Source: an uncultured virus (IMG/VR IMGVR_UViG_3300028593_001674)
Taxonomy: Duplodnaviria; Heunggongvirae; Uroviricota; Caudoviricetes
IMG/VR virus record: IMGVR_UViG_3300028593_001674
Length of the DNA: 64,000 bases
Reading direction: 5' to 3' (one strand)
Shown here piece by piece: positions 17,142 to 26,657 of this stretch (positions are counted from its first letter, which is position 1; each line of letters begins with the position of its first letter). Under the pieces are notes generated by a model. That model was not told where the DNA came from and did no database searches. It was given only the letters and a program-made list of their open reading frames with translations. Position numbers and translations under genes: made by a program.

Positions 17142-19555
17142 ACATCCCCGATGCTCTGAAACAAAATGCATCGTTTTGTGTGTGGAAAATGGAGAAACGC
17201 AGCGGCAGACCTACTAAAGTGCCGTATAACCCCAAAACCGGAAACATGGCGAAAACTAACGATCCCTCTACTTTCGCTGACTTCAACACAGCAATGAAAG
17301 CCTACGCTATAGGCGGCTGGGACGGTATCGGCTACAGAGTTTCCGAGGGTATCGGTGCGATCGACATAGACCACTGTATCCGTGAAGATGGTTCACTCAA
17401 CGATGTCGCAGCATCCATTCTCGGCATTTTCTCTACTGCATATTTTGAGAAATCTCCCTCCGGAACAGGTCTGCGTGGTTTCTTCAAGCTATCCCCGGAC
17501 TTTGCCTATGATAAGACCGTTTACTACATCAACAACCGAAAGCATGGTCTGGAGGTCTATCTGCCGGGAACAACGAACCGCTTTGTGACGGTAACAGGTA
17601 ATGTCTACCGCAGCGGTACTGTTGAACGAGATGACGATGCTCTCAAAACAGCCCTTGATACATTTATGAAGCGCAGCATCCGTATATCTGCGAAAACTAT
17701 CGAAGCTGCGTCATATCTGGACGATGACGGTGTCATCGCTCATGCTTTAGCATCGGAATCCGGCGATAAATTTAAAGCACTCTATGAGGGCAGATGGGAA
17801 GAAGGCTACAACTCCCAGTCCGATGCGGATATGGCGTTTGTGTCCATGCTCTGTTTCTGGTGTGGCAACGTCGAGGAGCAGATCGACCGTATCTTCCGCA
17901 GCTCAGGTCTTATGCGTGACAAGTGGGATCGCAAGACTGGTGATGCTACCTATGGGCAGATCACGATCCGCAATGCTGTCGCTACCAATTCAGCAATCTA
18001 CACTCCGATTGCTGATTCTTCTGCCGAGGATGATTTTGACTCTCTCGATGATGAGACTTTGGAAGAACACGCAAGTTTCCGTCCTGACCTCTCCCGCATT
18101 ACACTCACACTTGATGAGATGCAGCCTCATACAAACCCACGTTACCAGCGTGATGAGATCGGCATCGGTAACGCTTTCGCCGACTTCTTCAAGCCCATTG
18201 CAAGATTTAACGGTGACCGCAATGTCTGGTATGTCTATGACGGCAATGTCTGGCAGCCGGACGAGAACGCCCTCGCTGTAGCGGAGCTTGCAAAGTATCT
18301 TGCAGACCTGCTGTATACTTTTGCACTGCAGATTAGGGATGAGGACACTCGCAACCGCTATATCAAACGAGTACAGAAGCTCCAGATGCGGAAGAATCGG
18401 AAAACGATGATAGAGGATGCAAAATCAGTACACCCGATCAGAATGTCTGCGTTCGATGCGAATGTCTATCTGCTGAATCTTGAAAACGGCACGCTTGACC
18501 TGAAAACTATGATATTCCATGAACATGACCCGAATGATTTTATTACAAAAATCAGCCACATCAATTATGATCCGAATGCCATCTGTCCCAGATGGGAACA
18601 GTTTGTTGACGAAGTTATGGTCGGACGAAAGAATGTAGCTCGCTATCTTCAGAAGGCGATCGGCTACTCGCTGTCTGGTGACACATCTCTGGAATGTCTC
18701 TTTATTATGTTCGGTCCTACAACCAGAAACGGCAAGACCACCACCATCGAAACGATCCTGCGTGTTATGGGGGAATACGGTCGTTCTGCAAAGCCGGATA
18801 TGCTTGCTACAAACTATTTCCGTGGACAGTCCAACGGCTCCTCGGATGATGTCGCTCGCCTTGCGGGTGCGAGATTTGTAGGCATTTCCGAAATGGAGCA
18901 GAAGCTCACCATCAATGCCTCTCTGACAAAGCAGCTCACCGGTAATGGATCTATTACAGCTCGTTTTCTGTACGAGGGCTATTTTGAGTTCCATATGCAG
19001 GCGAAGATCTTCATAGATACCAACCATCTGCCCAATGTCACTGACCGTACTCTGTTTGAATCCGGCAGACTGAAAATCATTCCGTTCACCCGGCATTTTG
19101 AGGATCACGAGCAGGATAAGACGCTGAAGACTACACTGATGCAGCCGGAAAACCTTTCCGGCATCCTGAACTGGTGCATCGAAGGGTATCGACTGTATAA
19201 GGCGGAGGGACTTGATGAGCCGGAAGAAGTGAAGGCTGCGACTGAGGAGTATCGTGTGGAATCCGACCGTATTGCCCAGTTTATGCGGCAGTGCTTGAAA
19301 AAGGAAAAGGGCTCGGAGATCAAGGCTTCCGCTGTTTACAGTCACTACAAGACGTGGTGCAGCGACAATGGATGCAAGTATGAGAGTTCTCAGAATTTCT
19401 ATAAGCGGCTCTCTTTGGAGTACCTGATTGTCAAACGCAGACCGTGGAAACAGACTACGACCGGCAACATGAATCCGCTGTCACTTGTAAACGATGCCGC
19501 TTGGGTAAGCGGCGAAGAGCCGGGAATGGATCTCGTGCCTTTGGACGATGAATAG
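17123..19555 (+). CDS. primase-polymerase fused to an SF3/D5 helicase (NrS-1/P4-like)
   Basis: DIDHC, SPSGTG, SQSDAD..FRSSGLMRDKW, GPTTRNGKTT Walker A. Confidence 0.88.
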   Translation: MPVNFVNIPDALKQNASFCVWKMEKRSGRPTKVPYNPKTGNMAKTNDPSTFADFNTAMKAYAIGGWDGIGYRVSEGIGAIDIDHCIREDGSLNDVAASILGIFSTAYFEKSPSGTGLRGFFKLSPDFAYDKTVYYINNRKHGLEVYLPGTTNRFVTVTGNVYRSGTVERDDDALKTALDTFMKRSIRISAKTIEAASYLDDDGVIAHALASESGDKFKALYEGRWEEGYNSQSDADMAFVSMLCFWCGNVEEQIDRIFRSSGLMRDKWDRKTGDATYGQITIRNAVATNSAIYTPIADSSAEDDFDSLDDETLEEHASFRPDLSRITLTLDEMQPHTNPRYQRDEIGIGNAFADFFKPIARFNGDRNVWYVYDGNVWQPDENALAVAELAKYLADLLYTFALQIRDEDTRNRYIKRVQKLQMRKNRKTMIEDAKSVHPIRMSAFDANVYLLNLENGTLDLKTMIFHEHDPNDFITKISHINYDPNAICPRWEQFVDEVMVGRKNVARYLQKAIGYSLSGDTSLECLFIMFGPTTRNGKTTTIETILRVMGEYGRSAKPDMLATNYFRGQSNGSSDDVARLAGARFVGISEMEQKLTINASLTKQLTGNGSITARFLYEGYFEFHMQAKIFIDTNHLPNVTDRTLFESGRLKIIPFTRHFEDHEQDKTLKTTLMQPENLSGILNWCIEGYRLYKAEGLDEPEEVKAATEEYRVESDRIAQFMRQCLKKEKGSEIKASAVYSHYKTWCSDNGCKYESSQNFYKRLSLEYLIVKRRPWKQTTTGNMNPLSLVNDAAWVSGEEPGMDLVPLDDE

Positions 19556-19599
19556 TGATTGACCTACGGTCGATGAATAAGCTGAAAAGTGCCTATCTT

Positions 19600-19740
19600 C
19601 TTATGTTTTCTATTATATATTTATACTATATTCTTTTATATGTAGCAAATGTAGCAAATGAATATATAAATATTACTATAAAGAAGAATATAGGAAAAGT
19701 TATGTAATGGAATGCTACAAGTGCTACAGGAATAAGAAAA
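19600..19740. repeat. AT-rich region with inverted tandem heptamers (putative replication origin)
   Basis: TGTAGCA at 19641 and 19650; TGCTACA at 19713 and 19722; directly after the primase gene. Confidence 0.55.
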
Positions 19741-19848
19741 GTGAAGTAATATCGATAAATAACTGTGGACATCTGTTGCAAATGCCTACTTTGTGACTGC
19801 TACAAGCGTGGCATGGGCAACAGGTGTCAAGGTATGGAGGTAAAGATA

Positions 19849-20937
19849 ATGAGAATTATTACAAGCGAACAGGTATCCGCAGGACATCCCGACAAGATCT
19901 GTGACCAGATCGCTGATGCTATCGTGACCGACTGCCTGAAAAACGATAAGAGCAGCCGTGTCGCTATTGAGTGCCTTTTCAAGAACAGAAATCTCATCAT
20001 CGCCGGTGAACTGACAAGCACACATGAGCCGGATTACAAGGCGCTGGTACAGCAAGTGTTCGACCGCATCAATGGCAATGGCAGTGATGATGCCGGACTT
20101 GACTACAAGCTGGATTTCACCGCCGATGATCTGGATATTGCTGTTCTGGTAGATCGCCAAAGCAGTGACATTGCTCTCGGTGTGAATACAGGCGGTGCAG
20201 GAGATCAAGGTATGTGTTACGGTTATGCTACAAATGAAACGCCGGAGCTGCTCCCGATCCCGTATGTGCTTGCCACAAGATTTCTGGAACATCTCAAAGC
20301 CTATCCCTGCCGTATGCTGAAAGCAGATGCAAAGGCGCAGGTCAGCTACGACTATGACAGCGGCAGGATCACTACATTTCTCTGCTCGGTGCAGCATATT
20401 CGTGATATAGAGGTTGAGGATTTCCGCAGCATTATCGAAAATATTATGATTCGCACAGCTACTGAGTACGGGCTGAATACCGATTTCGTAAAACTGGTGA
20501 ATCCTACAGGCAGATTCGTACTCGGCAGTTCCTTTGCCGACTGTGGTGTGACAGGACGCAAACTCGCCTGCGATACCTACGGCGGCATTGGTCATATCGG
20601 CGGCGGAGCGATGTCCGGTAAGGACCCGTCTAAGGTTGACCGCAGCGGTGCGTATATGGCGAGAAAAATTGCGAGAGATATCGTCAGCGCCGGATATGCG
20701 GATAAAGCAGAGGCACAGATTGCGTATGCTATTGGTGTAGCTAAGCCTGTGTCCATCTATGTGGAGACCTTCGGTACAGAGCATCAGGATGCGGAGTTCA
20801 TCAACCAGTATGTCCGTGAGAACTACGACCTCACGCCGAGAGGAATTATTAAGAGCCTTGGTCTTCTCGATGTGGACTATAACAAGGTTTCAGCTTATGG
20901 GCACTTCGGTAAATTTGGGCTTCCGTGGGAGAAATAA
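19849..20937 (+). CDS. metK: S-adenosylmethionine synthetase
   Basis: GHPDKICDQI, GAGDQG, GGGAMSGKDPSKVDRS, YGHFG. Confidence 0.95.
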   Translation: MRIITSEQVSAGHPDKICDQIADAIVTDCLKNDKSSRVAIECLFKNRNLIIAGELTSTHEPDYKALVQQVFDRINGNGSDDAGLDYKLDFTADDLDIAVLVDRQSSDIALGVNTGGAGDQGMCYGYATNETPELLPIPYVLATRFLEHLKAYPCRMLKADAKAQVSYDYDSGRITTFLCSVQHIRDIEVEDFRSIIENIMIRTATEYGLNTDFVKLVNPTGRFVLGSSFADCGVTGRKLACDTYGGIGHIGGGAMSGKDPSKVDRSGAYMARKIARDIVSAGYADKAEAQIAYAIGVAKPVSIYVETFGTEHQDAEFINQYVRENYDLTPRGIIKSLGLLDVDYNKVSAYGHFGKFGLPWEK

Positions 20938-20962
20938 AAAATTTTGAAGAATTTTTTCAAAC

Positions 20963-21000
20963 ACCCCTTACAAACACCCCCCTGAAACGGTATATAGTAG
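20963..21000 (+). promoter_or_regulatory. 38-bp repeated motif, copy 2 (putative phage promoter)
   Basis: ACCCCTTACAAACACCCCcCTGAAACGGTATATAGTAG. Confidence 0.6.
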
Positions 21001-21107
21001 GAGGCGATGTTCAGAGCCGATCAACCACATATTTATTAAAACCATCTGCGACACTGACAGCCCAATTTCTATAATTCAATACAAAAATCTGACAGGAGGA
21101 GAAGCCA

Positions 21108-21467
21108 ATGCCCAGCAGACCAAAGACACCATGCCGACATCCCGGATGTGCAGCGCTCGTTCCCTACGGTACGAAGTATTGTGACAAGCATCGTTCTCTC
21201 CATCCGGAGGACACACGCTCCGCAGACAGCCGAGGCTACGGCAGGGCATGGAACAAAGCACGCAAGCGTTACCTTGAAACGCATCCTCTATGCGTGGAGT
21301 GCATGAAGCGTGGACGCTATGTTAAGGCGACTGATGTGGATCACATCAAACCGCATCGAGGCGACAAGATACTCTTTTGGAATCAAAGCAACTGGCAAAG
21401 CCTCTGTCATTCTTGTCACAGCATAAAGACACGAAACGAGGATCACACCCCTGAGTACAAATACTGA
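21108..21467 (+). CDS. packaging-associated HNH endonuclease
   Basis: PLCVEC, VDHIKPH, NWQSLCHSCH. Confidence 0.88.
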   Translation: MPSRPKTPCRHPGCAALVPYGTKYCDKHRSLHPEDTRSADSRGYGRAWNKARKRYLETHPLCVECMKRGRYVKATDVDHIKPHRGDKILFWNQSNWQSLCHSCHSIKTRNEDHTPEYKY

Positions 21468-21499
21468 CCATTTGAACTTGCAGTACGATTGTGACTCAG

Positions 21500-21610
21500 G
21501 GGCATATCTATAGGGGGCTGAGGCAGCCGCCGGGGGCGGGTTCGCTTTTACAGGCGAAAGCAAACAGAAGACCGTCGCCCCCTCTCGTGTGAAAATTCGC
21601 AAATTTGAAG
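21500..21610 (+). other. candidate cos/packaging site
   Basis: GC-rich G-run/C-run segment right after the HNH gene, where cos lies in HK97-like phages. Confidence 0.3.
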
Positions 21611-21886
21611 GATCCCGGGGCATGGGATCCTGCTAATGGTGGGAGTTTCCGATTTGCAACACCAGCAGAAATGTAGAATTTCCGCACCTTTCCCATTATC
21701 ACCGTGGAAAACTACACACTGTTAAACAGCATGCGTTTCGTTAATTTTCAGTACGAAAAAAAGGTGGTTTTTCACGCAAAAAACAATAAAAACGGCACTT
21801 TTTTAGCACTTAACCGCATTTTTCCTTGCAGTCTTGGCGGAGCCCCTTGTGGATACCGCTAACCGCATAACATCGACAGTTTTGAG

Positions 21887-22213
21887 GTGATACAGTTGAC
21901 CGAATCTCAAAAATTACAGGTGCGGGCAATGCGTATGCAGGGCATCGGATACAGAGCTATTGCAAAGGCTCTCGGACTTAAAATCAATCAGGTGCAGCTC
22001 TTCTGCAAGGCTCACGGTCTTTCTGGTTCCGCTGACCTTGTGAAACTGAATTACCCCATCTGGTGTGAACAGAATAACCACTGTATCTTCTGCGGCAGAA
22101 AACTTCAGCAGCCGACAACTGGCAGACGCAGACGCTTCTGTTCCGGAAGCTGTCGTACAAAATACTGCGTTATGAAGAAATCGGAAGCCCCTGAAAAAGA
22201 AATGGAGGACTGA
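21887..22213 (+). CDS. HTH plus Zn-finger DNA-binding protein
   Basis: GYRAIAKALGL; CIFCG; RRFCSGSCR. Confidence 0.65.
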   Translation: MIQLTESQKLQVRAMRMQGIGYRAIAKALGLKINQVQLFCKAHGLSGSADLVKLNYPIWCEQNNHCIFCGRKLQQPTTGRRRRFCSGSCRTKYCVMKKSEAPEKEMED

Positions 22214-22215
22214 CT

Positions 22216-22389
22216 ATGCACATTGCAGCCTTATGCCTGACATACATGATGCTCGTTATCCTGATTCATGCGATCTGGATAACATCAATCATCAAGTCTG
22301 ATGGCAAATGCCACTATAACGACTGCGGTCACTGTCCGTATGACGGCTGGTGTCCAATACAGGAGGGAGATACACATGGAAACAAGTAA
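22216..22389 (+). CDS. small membrane protein with Cys-rich tail
   Basis: 57-aa ORF with GGAGG RBS; hydrophobic N-terminus, CGHCPYDGWC. Confidence 0.45.
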   Translation: MHIAALCLTYMMLVILIHAIWITSIIKSDGKCHYNDCGHCPYDGWCPIQEGDTHGNK

Positions 22390-22645
22390 CAGCAGAACAG
22401 CGGGGGCGGTTATTGCACCGAAGACAAACGATGAGATCAATCACCCTGCCCACTATACCGCCGGCGGCATCGAGGTCATCGACTTCCTCGAAGCGTGGGA
22501 CTTACCTTTCCACCTTGCGAACGCGATAAAATATATCTGCCGCGCAGGTAGGAAAGATAAGAACAAGACCTCAGAGGACCTTCGCAAGGCAATCTGGTAT
22601 ATCAACCGCTACATTGACTTTCTCCTAAAATCGGGTCAGAAATAG
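22376..22645 (+). CDS. DUF3310 (SaV-like) protein
   Basis: INHPAHY, NAIKYICRAG, EDLRKAIWY. Confidence 0.85.
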   Translation: METSNSRTAGAVIAPKTNDEINHPAHYTAGGIEVIDFLEAWDLPFHLANAIKYICRAGRKDKNKTSEDLRKAIWYINRYIDFLLKSGQK

Positions 22646-22687
22646 GAAAAAACAAATTCATTAGGAGAAAGAATAGGAGAAAGGCAC

Positions 22688-23167
22688 ATGACTCTTACAG
22701 AAAACTTCATCCGTGAAGCAATACACCTCGACAGCGGTGCTGAGATCATGTACGGCACTGATGAGGTATATGATACTTACCCATGCCGCATTCCAACTGT
22801 GGAATTTCAGCTCATAGCAACGGACGCACTTGTCGAGGTCGCTGACTGTATCCGCCTTGAAAAGGGATACAAGCCCATGCACCCGAGAGACGGCAGGACC
22901 GATGATGTAGACACTGACGGTTTCTATGACTTCTACATTGGCATATCAAAACTGCCGAACGAAAGTGTAGATGTACAGCTTGACAGCAGCATCACCTTCA
23001 TTGTTGTCAATTCCGATTCCGATGATAACGAGGATATGTACGGCATCGAGCTGACAGACTCTGAAGTTGAATATGTGCTGGCTGTACTTGAACAGCAATG
23101 CAGGAAGTATGAGAGCAAGACTTGTGCGCAACTACTTGATGAAGCAGAGAGGGAGATGATAAATTGA
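22688..23167 (+). CDS. hypothetical acidic protein
   Basis: ORF coupled to the nrdD start. Confidence 0.55.
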   Translation: MTLTENFIREAIHLDSGAEIMYGTDEVYDTYPCRIPTVEFQLIATDALVEVADCIRLEKGYKPMHPRDGRTDDVDTDGFYDFYIGISKLPNESVDVQLDSSITFIVVNSDSDDNEDMYGIELTDSEVEYVLAVLEQQCRKYESKTCAQLLDEAEREMIN

Positions 23168-26100
23168 GAATTATCAAACGGAACGGATGTGAAGTTCCCT
23201 ATGACTGCGAAAAGATAAGAGCCGCAATTACAGCGGCGAATGCAGAGGTTGATGATAAAATCAGCGATACTGTTATCGGCTTTATTGTCGGGAATGTAGA
23301 AAAGCGGTGTGAAGCCCTTGCAAGACCTGTCCATGTCGAAGAAGTCCAGGACATGGTACTCGATGAACTTGACAATGCCGAAGCGTACAAACTTGCACGC
23401 CATTACAGCGAATACAGACTGCTGCATGAACAGCAGCGCAGGATGAATACCACGGACGGAAAGATCCTGAGCCTGCTCGAACGCAATAATGAGGAAGCCA
23501 AACAGGAAAACGCCAACAAGAACCCGATCATCAACAGCACACTCCGGGACTATATGGCGGGTGAGGTCAGCAGAGACATCTGCCGTCGATTTCTCTTTCC
23601 GGAGGATATTATCTCTGCCCATGATGATGGTATCATTCATTTACACGATCTGGACTACATCGCAGAACCGATGCACAACTGCTTTAGTGGAGCCACTCGT
23701 TTCATAACCGATAGAGGTATACGACAGTTCAAGGAGTTTCGTGATGGTGACTCTGTATATGTTAAAGATTTGAATGGAGATCTCAGACTTGCTACCATTC
23801 ACACATACGGAAAGAGAAAAATGCAGAAAGTAACTCTTCAAAACTGCCGTATGGAAAGAACAGTAGTATGCACAGCAGACCACAGATGGCTACTAAAGGA
23901 CGGCACGGTTACAACATCACTAAAAGTTGGCGATGTTCTAATCGGACTTAAAGATTCAACCGGATATACGATAAACAGCTACGAAGAGGCATTTGCTTTC
24001 TGTATTGGTTTCATTGTCGGAGACGGCTGCGATCATTCTCAAGAAGGATGGTGCGGACAGACACAGGTGCGCCTATGCGGAAGAAAAAATGTCTACAAAT
24101 GGATTTTCGACATGGCGGGTTTTTCATCATATCAGATTAGAGAAAACGGTGACCATTTAATGCGACTTCGTGGAAAGCTGAAACAGGATTTTTTGAATGG
24201 TAAGGGATGGCGGTTTATGCCTGTTCACCTAAAGGCATTAGCTTTTAAGGGATATTATGCAGCCGATGGTGCGATTAACTCAAATCGTGCATCAACATGC
24301 GATGAACGTATAATGGAATTCATTGAGGAAACTTCAGGCATAGCGGGATTCTACATTTCGAGTAGAAGCACAACCGTTCGAGATACACTGTACAAAGATA
24401 ATCACAAGCTAACCACATACCATTTTGTAAAATATAATCCCGTTAATCAAATGTGGAAAGTAAAATCTATCGAATCCTATAATCATCGTTCCAAAATGCT
24501 CTGCTACTGTGTTGAGGAACCAGTAACGCATAGTTTCACATTGGATGGTGGTATTGTGACTGGGAACTGCTGCCTTGTCAATCTGGAAGATATGCTCCAG
24601 AACGGTACGGTGGTATCCGGCACGATGATCGAAAAGCCGCACAGCTTTTCCACTGCCTGCAATATCGCAACGCAGATCATTGCGCAGGTGGCATCAAACC
24701 AGTATGGCGGGCAGACAATTTCTCTTGCACACCTTGCTCCTTTTGTGGATATCAGCCGACAAAAAATCAGAGCAGAGATATTCGAGGATGTAAACTGCGA
24801 TTGCGGATGTAAGCTGAGTGACGAAGAACTGGATCATATCGTGGAAAAGCGTGTGCACCGGGAAGTCAAGCGTGGGGTGCAGACCATTCAGTATCAGATA
24901 AATACACTGCTCACGACCAATGGACAAACGCCTTTCGTGACGGTATTCATGTATCTCGATGAAGTTCCGGAAGGACAGACCCGCGATGACCTTGCAATGA
25001 TTATCGAGGAGACTCTGCTCCAACGCATTGAAGGTGTCAAGAACGAGAAAGGCGTGTGGATCACACCGGCTTTTCCGAAGCTGATCTATGTTCTCGATGA
25101 GGACAATATTTCTTCGGAATCAAAATATTACTATTTGACAGAACTTGCGGCAAGATGTACAGCAAAAAGAATGGTTCCCGACTATATCTCCGCCAAAGTT
25201 ATGAAAAAGCTGAAAGGTGATGTGTACGCCTGCATGGGCTGCCGATCATTCCTCACGCCGTCTGATGAACACAAGTATTACGGCAGATTCAATCATGGCG
25301 TTACCACGATAAACCTTGTTGATGTCGCTTGCTCTTCCGGCGGTGATGAAGACAAGTTCTGGCAGCTACTCGATGAACGCTGTGAACTGTGTTTTAAGGC
25401 TCTGATGTGTCGCCACAACCGTCTGAAAGATACGCCGTCCGATGTTGCTCCGATTTTATGGCAGAACGGTGCGCTTGCCCGACTCGGAAATGGTGAAGTC
25501 ATTGATGATCTGCTGTATCACAATTACAGTACGATCTCACTCGGCTATGCCGGAATCGCAGAAATGACCTACCGCATGAAAGGCCGCTCCCATACAGAGC
25601 CGAAGGGAAAAGAATTTGCACTTGCTGTAATGCGATTTCTGAACGATAAGTGCAAGAGTTGGCGTGAGAAAACCGGCATCAGTTTCTCGCTGTATGGCAC
25701 GCCAATGGAAAGCGTCACCTACAAATTTGCACAGTGCTTACAGCGGCGATTCGGTATCATTCCTCATGTAACGGACAAAAGCTACATCACCAACAGCTAT
25801 CATGTTCATGTGACTGAGCCGATCGATGCGTTCAGCAAGCTGAAATTTGAAGCGGAATTTCAGGAATTATCTCCCGGCGGTGCGATAAGCTATGTGGAGG
25901 TTCCGAATCTCCAAAACAATATCCCTGCGGTACTGTCGGTCATGGAATTTATCTATGAGAATATAATGTATGCCGAGCTGAACACGAAATCAGATTACTG
26001 TCAAGCCTGCGGATTTGACGGCGAAATCGGCATTGTTGAGGAGGACGGCAAGCTGATATGGAAGTGTCCCAACTGCGGAAATCGTGACCAGCGGACAATG

Positions 26101-26193
26101 AATGTATGTCGGCGAACCTGCGGCTATCTCGGCACGCAATACTGGAATCAGGGCAGAACCGCTGAAATCAAGGATCGGGTGATGCACCTGTGA
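23164..26193 (+). CDS. nrdD: anaerobic (class III) ribonucleotide reductase with intein
   Basis: ATP-cone IIKRNG, HLHDLDY, MGCRSFL, RRTCGY glycyl-radical motif. Confidence 0.95.
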   Translation: MRIIKRNGCEVPYDCEKIRAAITAANAEVDDKISDTVIGFIVGNVEKRCEALARPVHVEEVQDMVLDELDNAEAYKLARHYSEYRLLHEQQRRMNTTDGKILSLLERNNEEAKQENANKNPIINSTLRDYMAGEVSRDICRRFLFPEDIISAHDDGIIHLHDLDYIAEPMHNCFSGATRFITDRGIRQFKEFRDGDSVYVKDLNGDLRLATIHTYGKRKMQKVTLQNCRMERTVVCTADHRWLLKDGTVTTSLKVGDVLIGLKDSTGYTINSYEEAFAFCIGFIVGDGCDHSQEGWCGQTQVRLCGRKNVYKWIFDMAGFSSYQIRENGDHLMRLRGKLKQDFLNGKGWRFMPVHLKALAFKGYYAADGAINSNRASTCDERIMEFIEETSGIAGFYISSRSTTVRDTLYKDNHKLTTYHFVKYNPVNQMWKVKSIESYNHRSKMLCYCVEEPVTHSFTLDGGIVTGNCCLVNLEDMLQNGTVVSGTMIEKPHSFSTACNIATQIIAQVASNQYGGQTISLAHLAPFVDISRQKIRAEIFEDVNCDCGCKLSDEELDHIVEKRVHREVKRGVQTIQYQINTLLTTNGQTPFVTVFMYLDEVPEGQTRDDLAMIIEETLLQRIEGVKNEKGVWITPAFPKLIYVLDEDNISSESKYYYLTELAARCTAKRMVPDYISAKVMKKLKGDVYACMGCRSFLTPSDEHKYYGRFNHGVTTINLVDVACSSGGDEDKFWQLLDERCELCFKALMCRHNRLKDTPSDVAPILWQNGALARLGNGEVIDDLLYHNYSTISLGYAGIAEMTYRMKGRSHTEPKGKEFALAVMRFLNDKCKSWREKTGISFSLYGTPMESVTYKFAQCLQRRFGIIPHVTDKSYITNSYHVHVTEPIDAFSKLKFEAEFQELSPGGAISYVEVPNLQNNIPAVLSVMEFIYENIMYAELNTKSDYCQACGFDGEIGIVEEDGKLIWKCPNCGNRDQRTMNVCRRTCGYLGTQYWNQGRTAEIKDRVMHL
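23680..24567 (+). mobile_element. intein in NrdD (296 aa) with LAGLIDADG-like endonuclease
   Basis: CFSGAT start, CTADHRW, IGFIVGDG and GYYAADG, ends IVTGN followed by Cys. Confidence 0.9.
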
Positions 26194-26657
26194 ATTACTG
26201 TGGTTTGAAGAAAACGGATATCGCCAACGGTGAGGGTGTGCGTGTATCGTTATTTGTCTCCGGCTGTCGGAATCACTGTGTCGGCTGCCATAACCCCGAA
26301 GCGTGGGATTTTTCCTACGGTCAGCCGTTCACGATAGAAACAGAAAATGAGATCATTGAAGCCCTGCGTCCTTCATGGATTCAGGGACTTTCTGTTCTCG
26401 GCGGTGAGCCGTGTGAAGAAGAAAATAAAAAAGTATTGATTCCGTTTCTGAAACGAGTCCGTGAGAAATTGTCGGAGAAAGATATCTGGCTGTACAGCGG
26501 ATACACTTACGAGCTGCTGCAAAGCGATGAAATCTTGCAGTATATAGATGTACTGGTAGACGGTCCGTTTCTCTTGGAGCAGAAAGACATCTCACTTGCT
26601 TTTCGGGGAAGCAGGAATCAGCGGATCATTAAATTGAAAAATGGAGGTATGAGATGA
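26190..26657 (+). CDS. nrdG: anaerobic RNR activase (radical SAM)
   Basis: CRNHCVGC, GGEP, FRGSRNQRII. Confidence 0.93.
   Translation: MNYCGLKKTDIANGEGVRVSLFVSGCRNHCVGCHNPEAWDFSYGQPFTIETENEIIEALRPSWIQGLSVLGGEPCEEENKKVLIPFLKRVREKLSEKDIWLYSGYTYELLQSDEILQYIDVLVDGPFLLEQKDISLAFRGSRNQRIIKLKNGGMR

Noticed and set aside
18425..20784. Long antisense ORFs (306 and 332 aa) opposite the primase and metK
   Set aside because: Codon-bias shadows of well-supported genes
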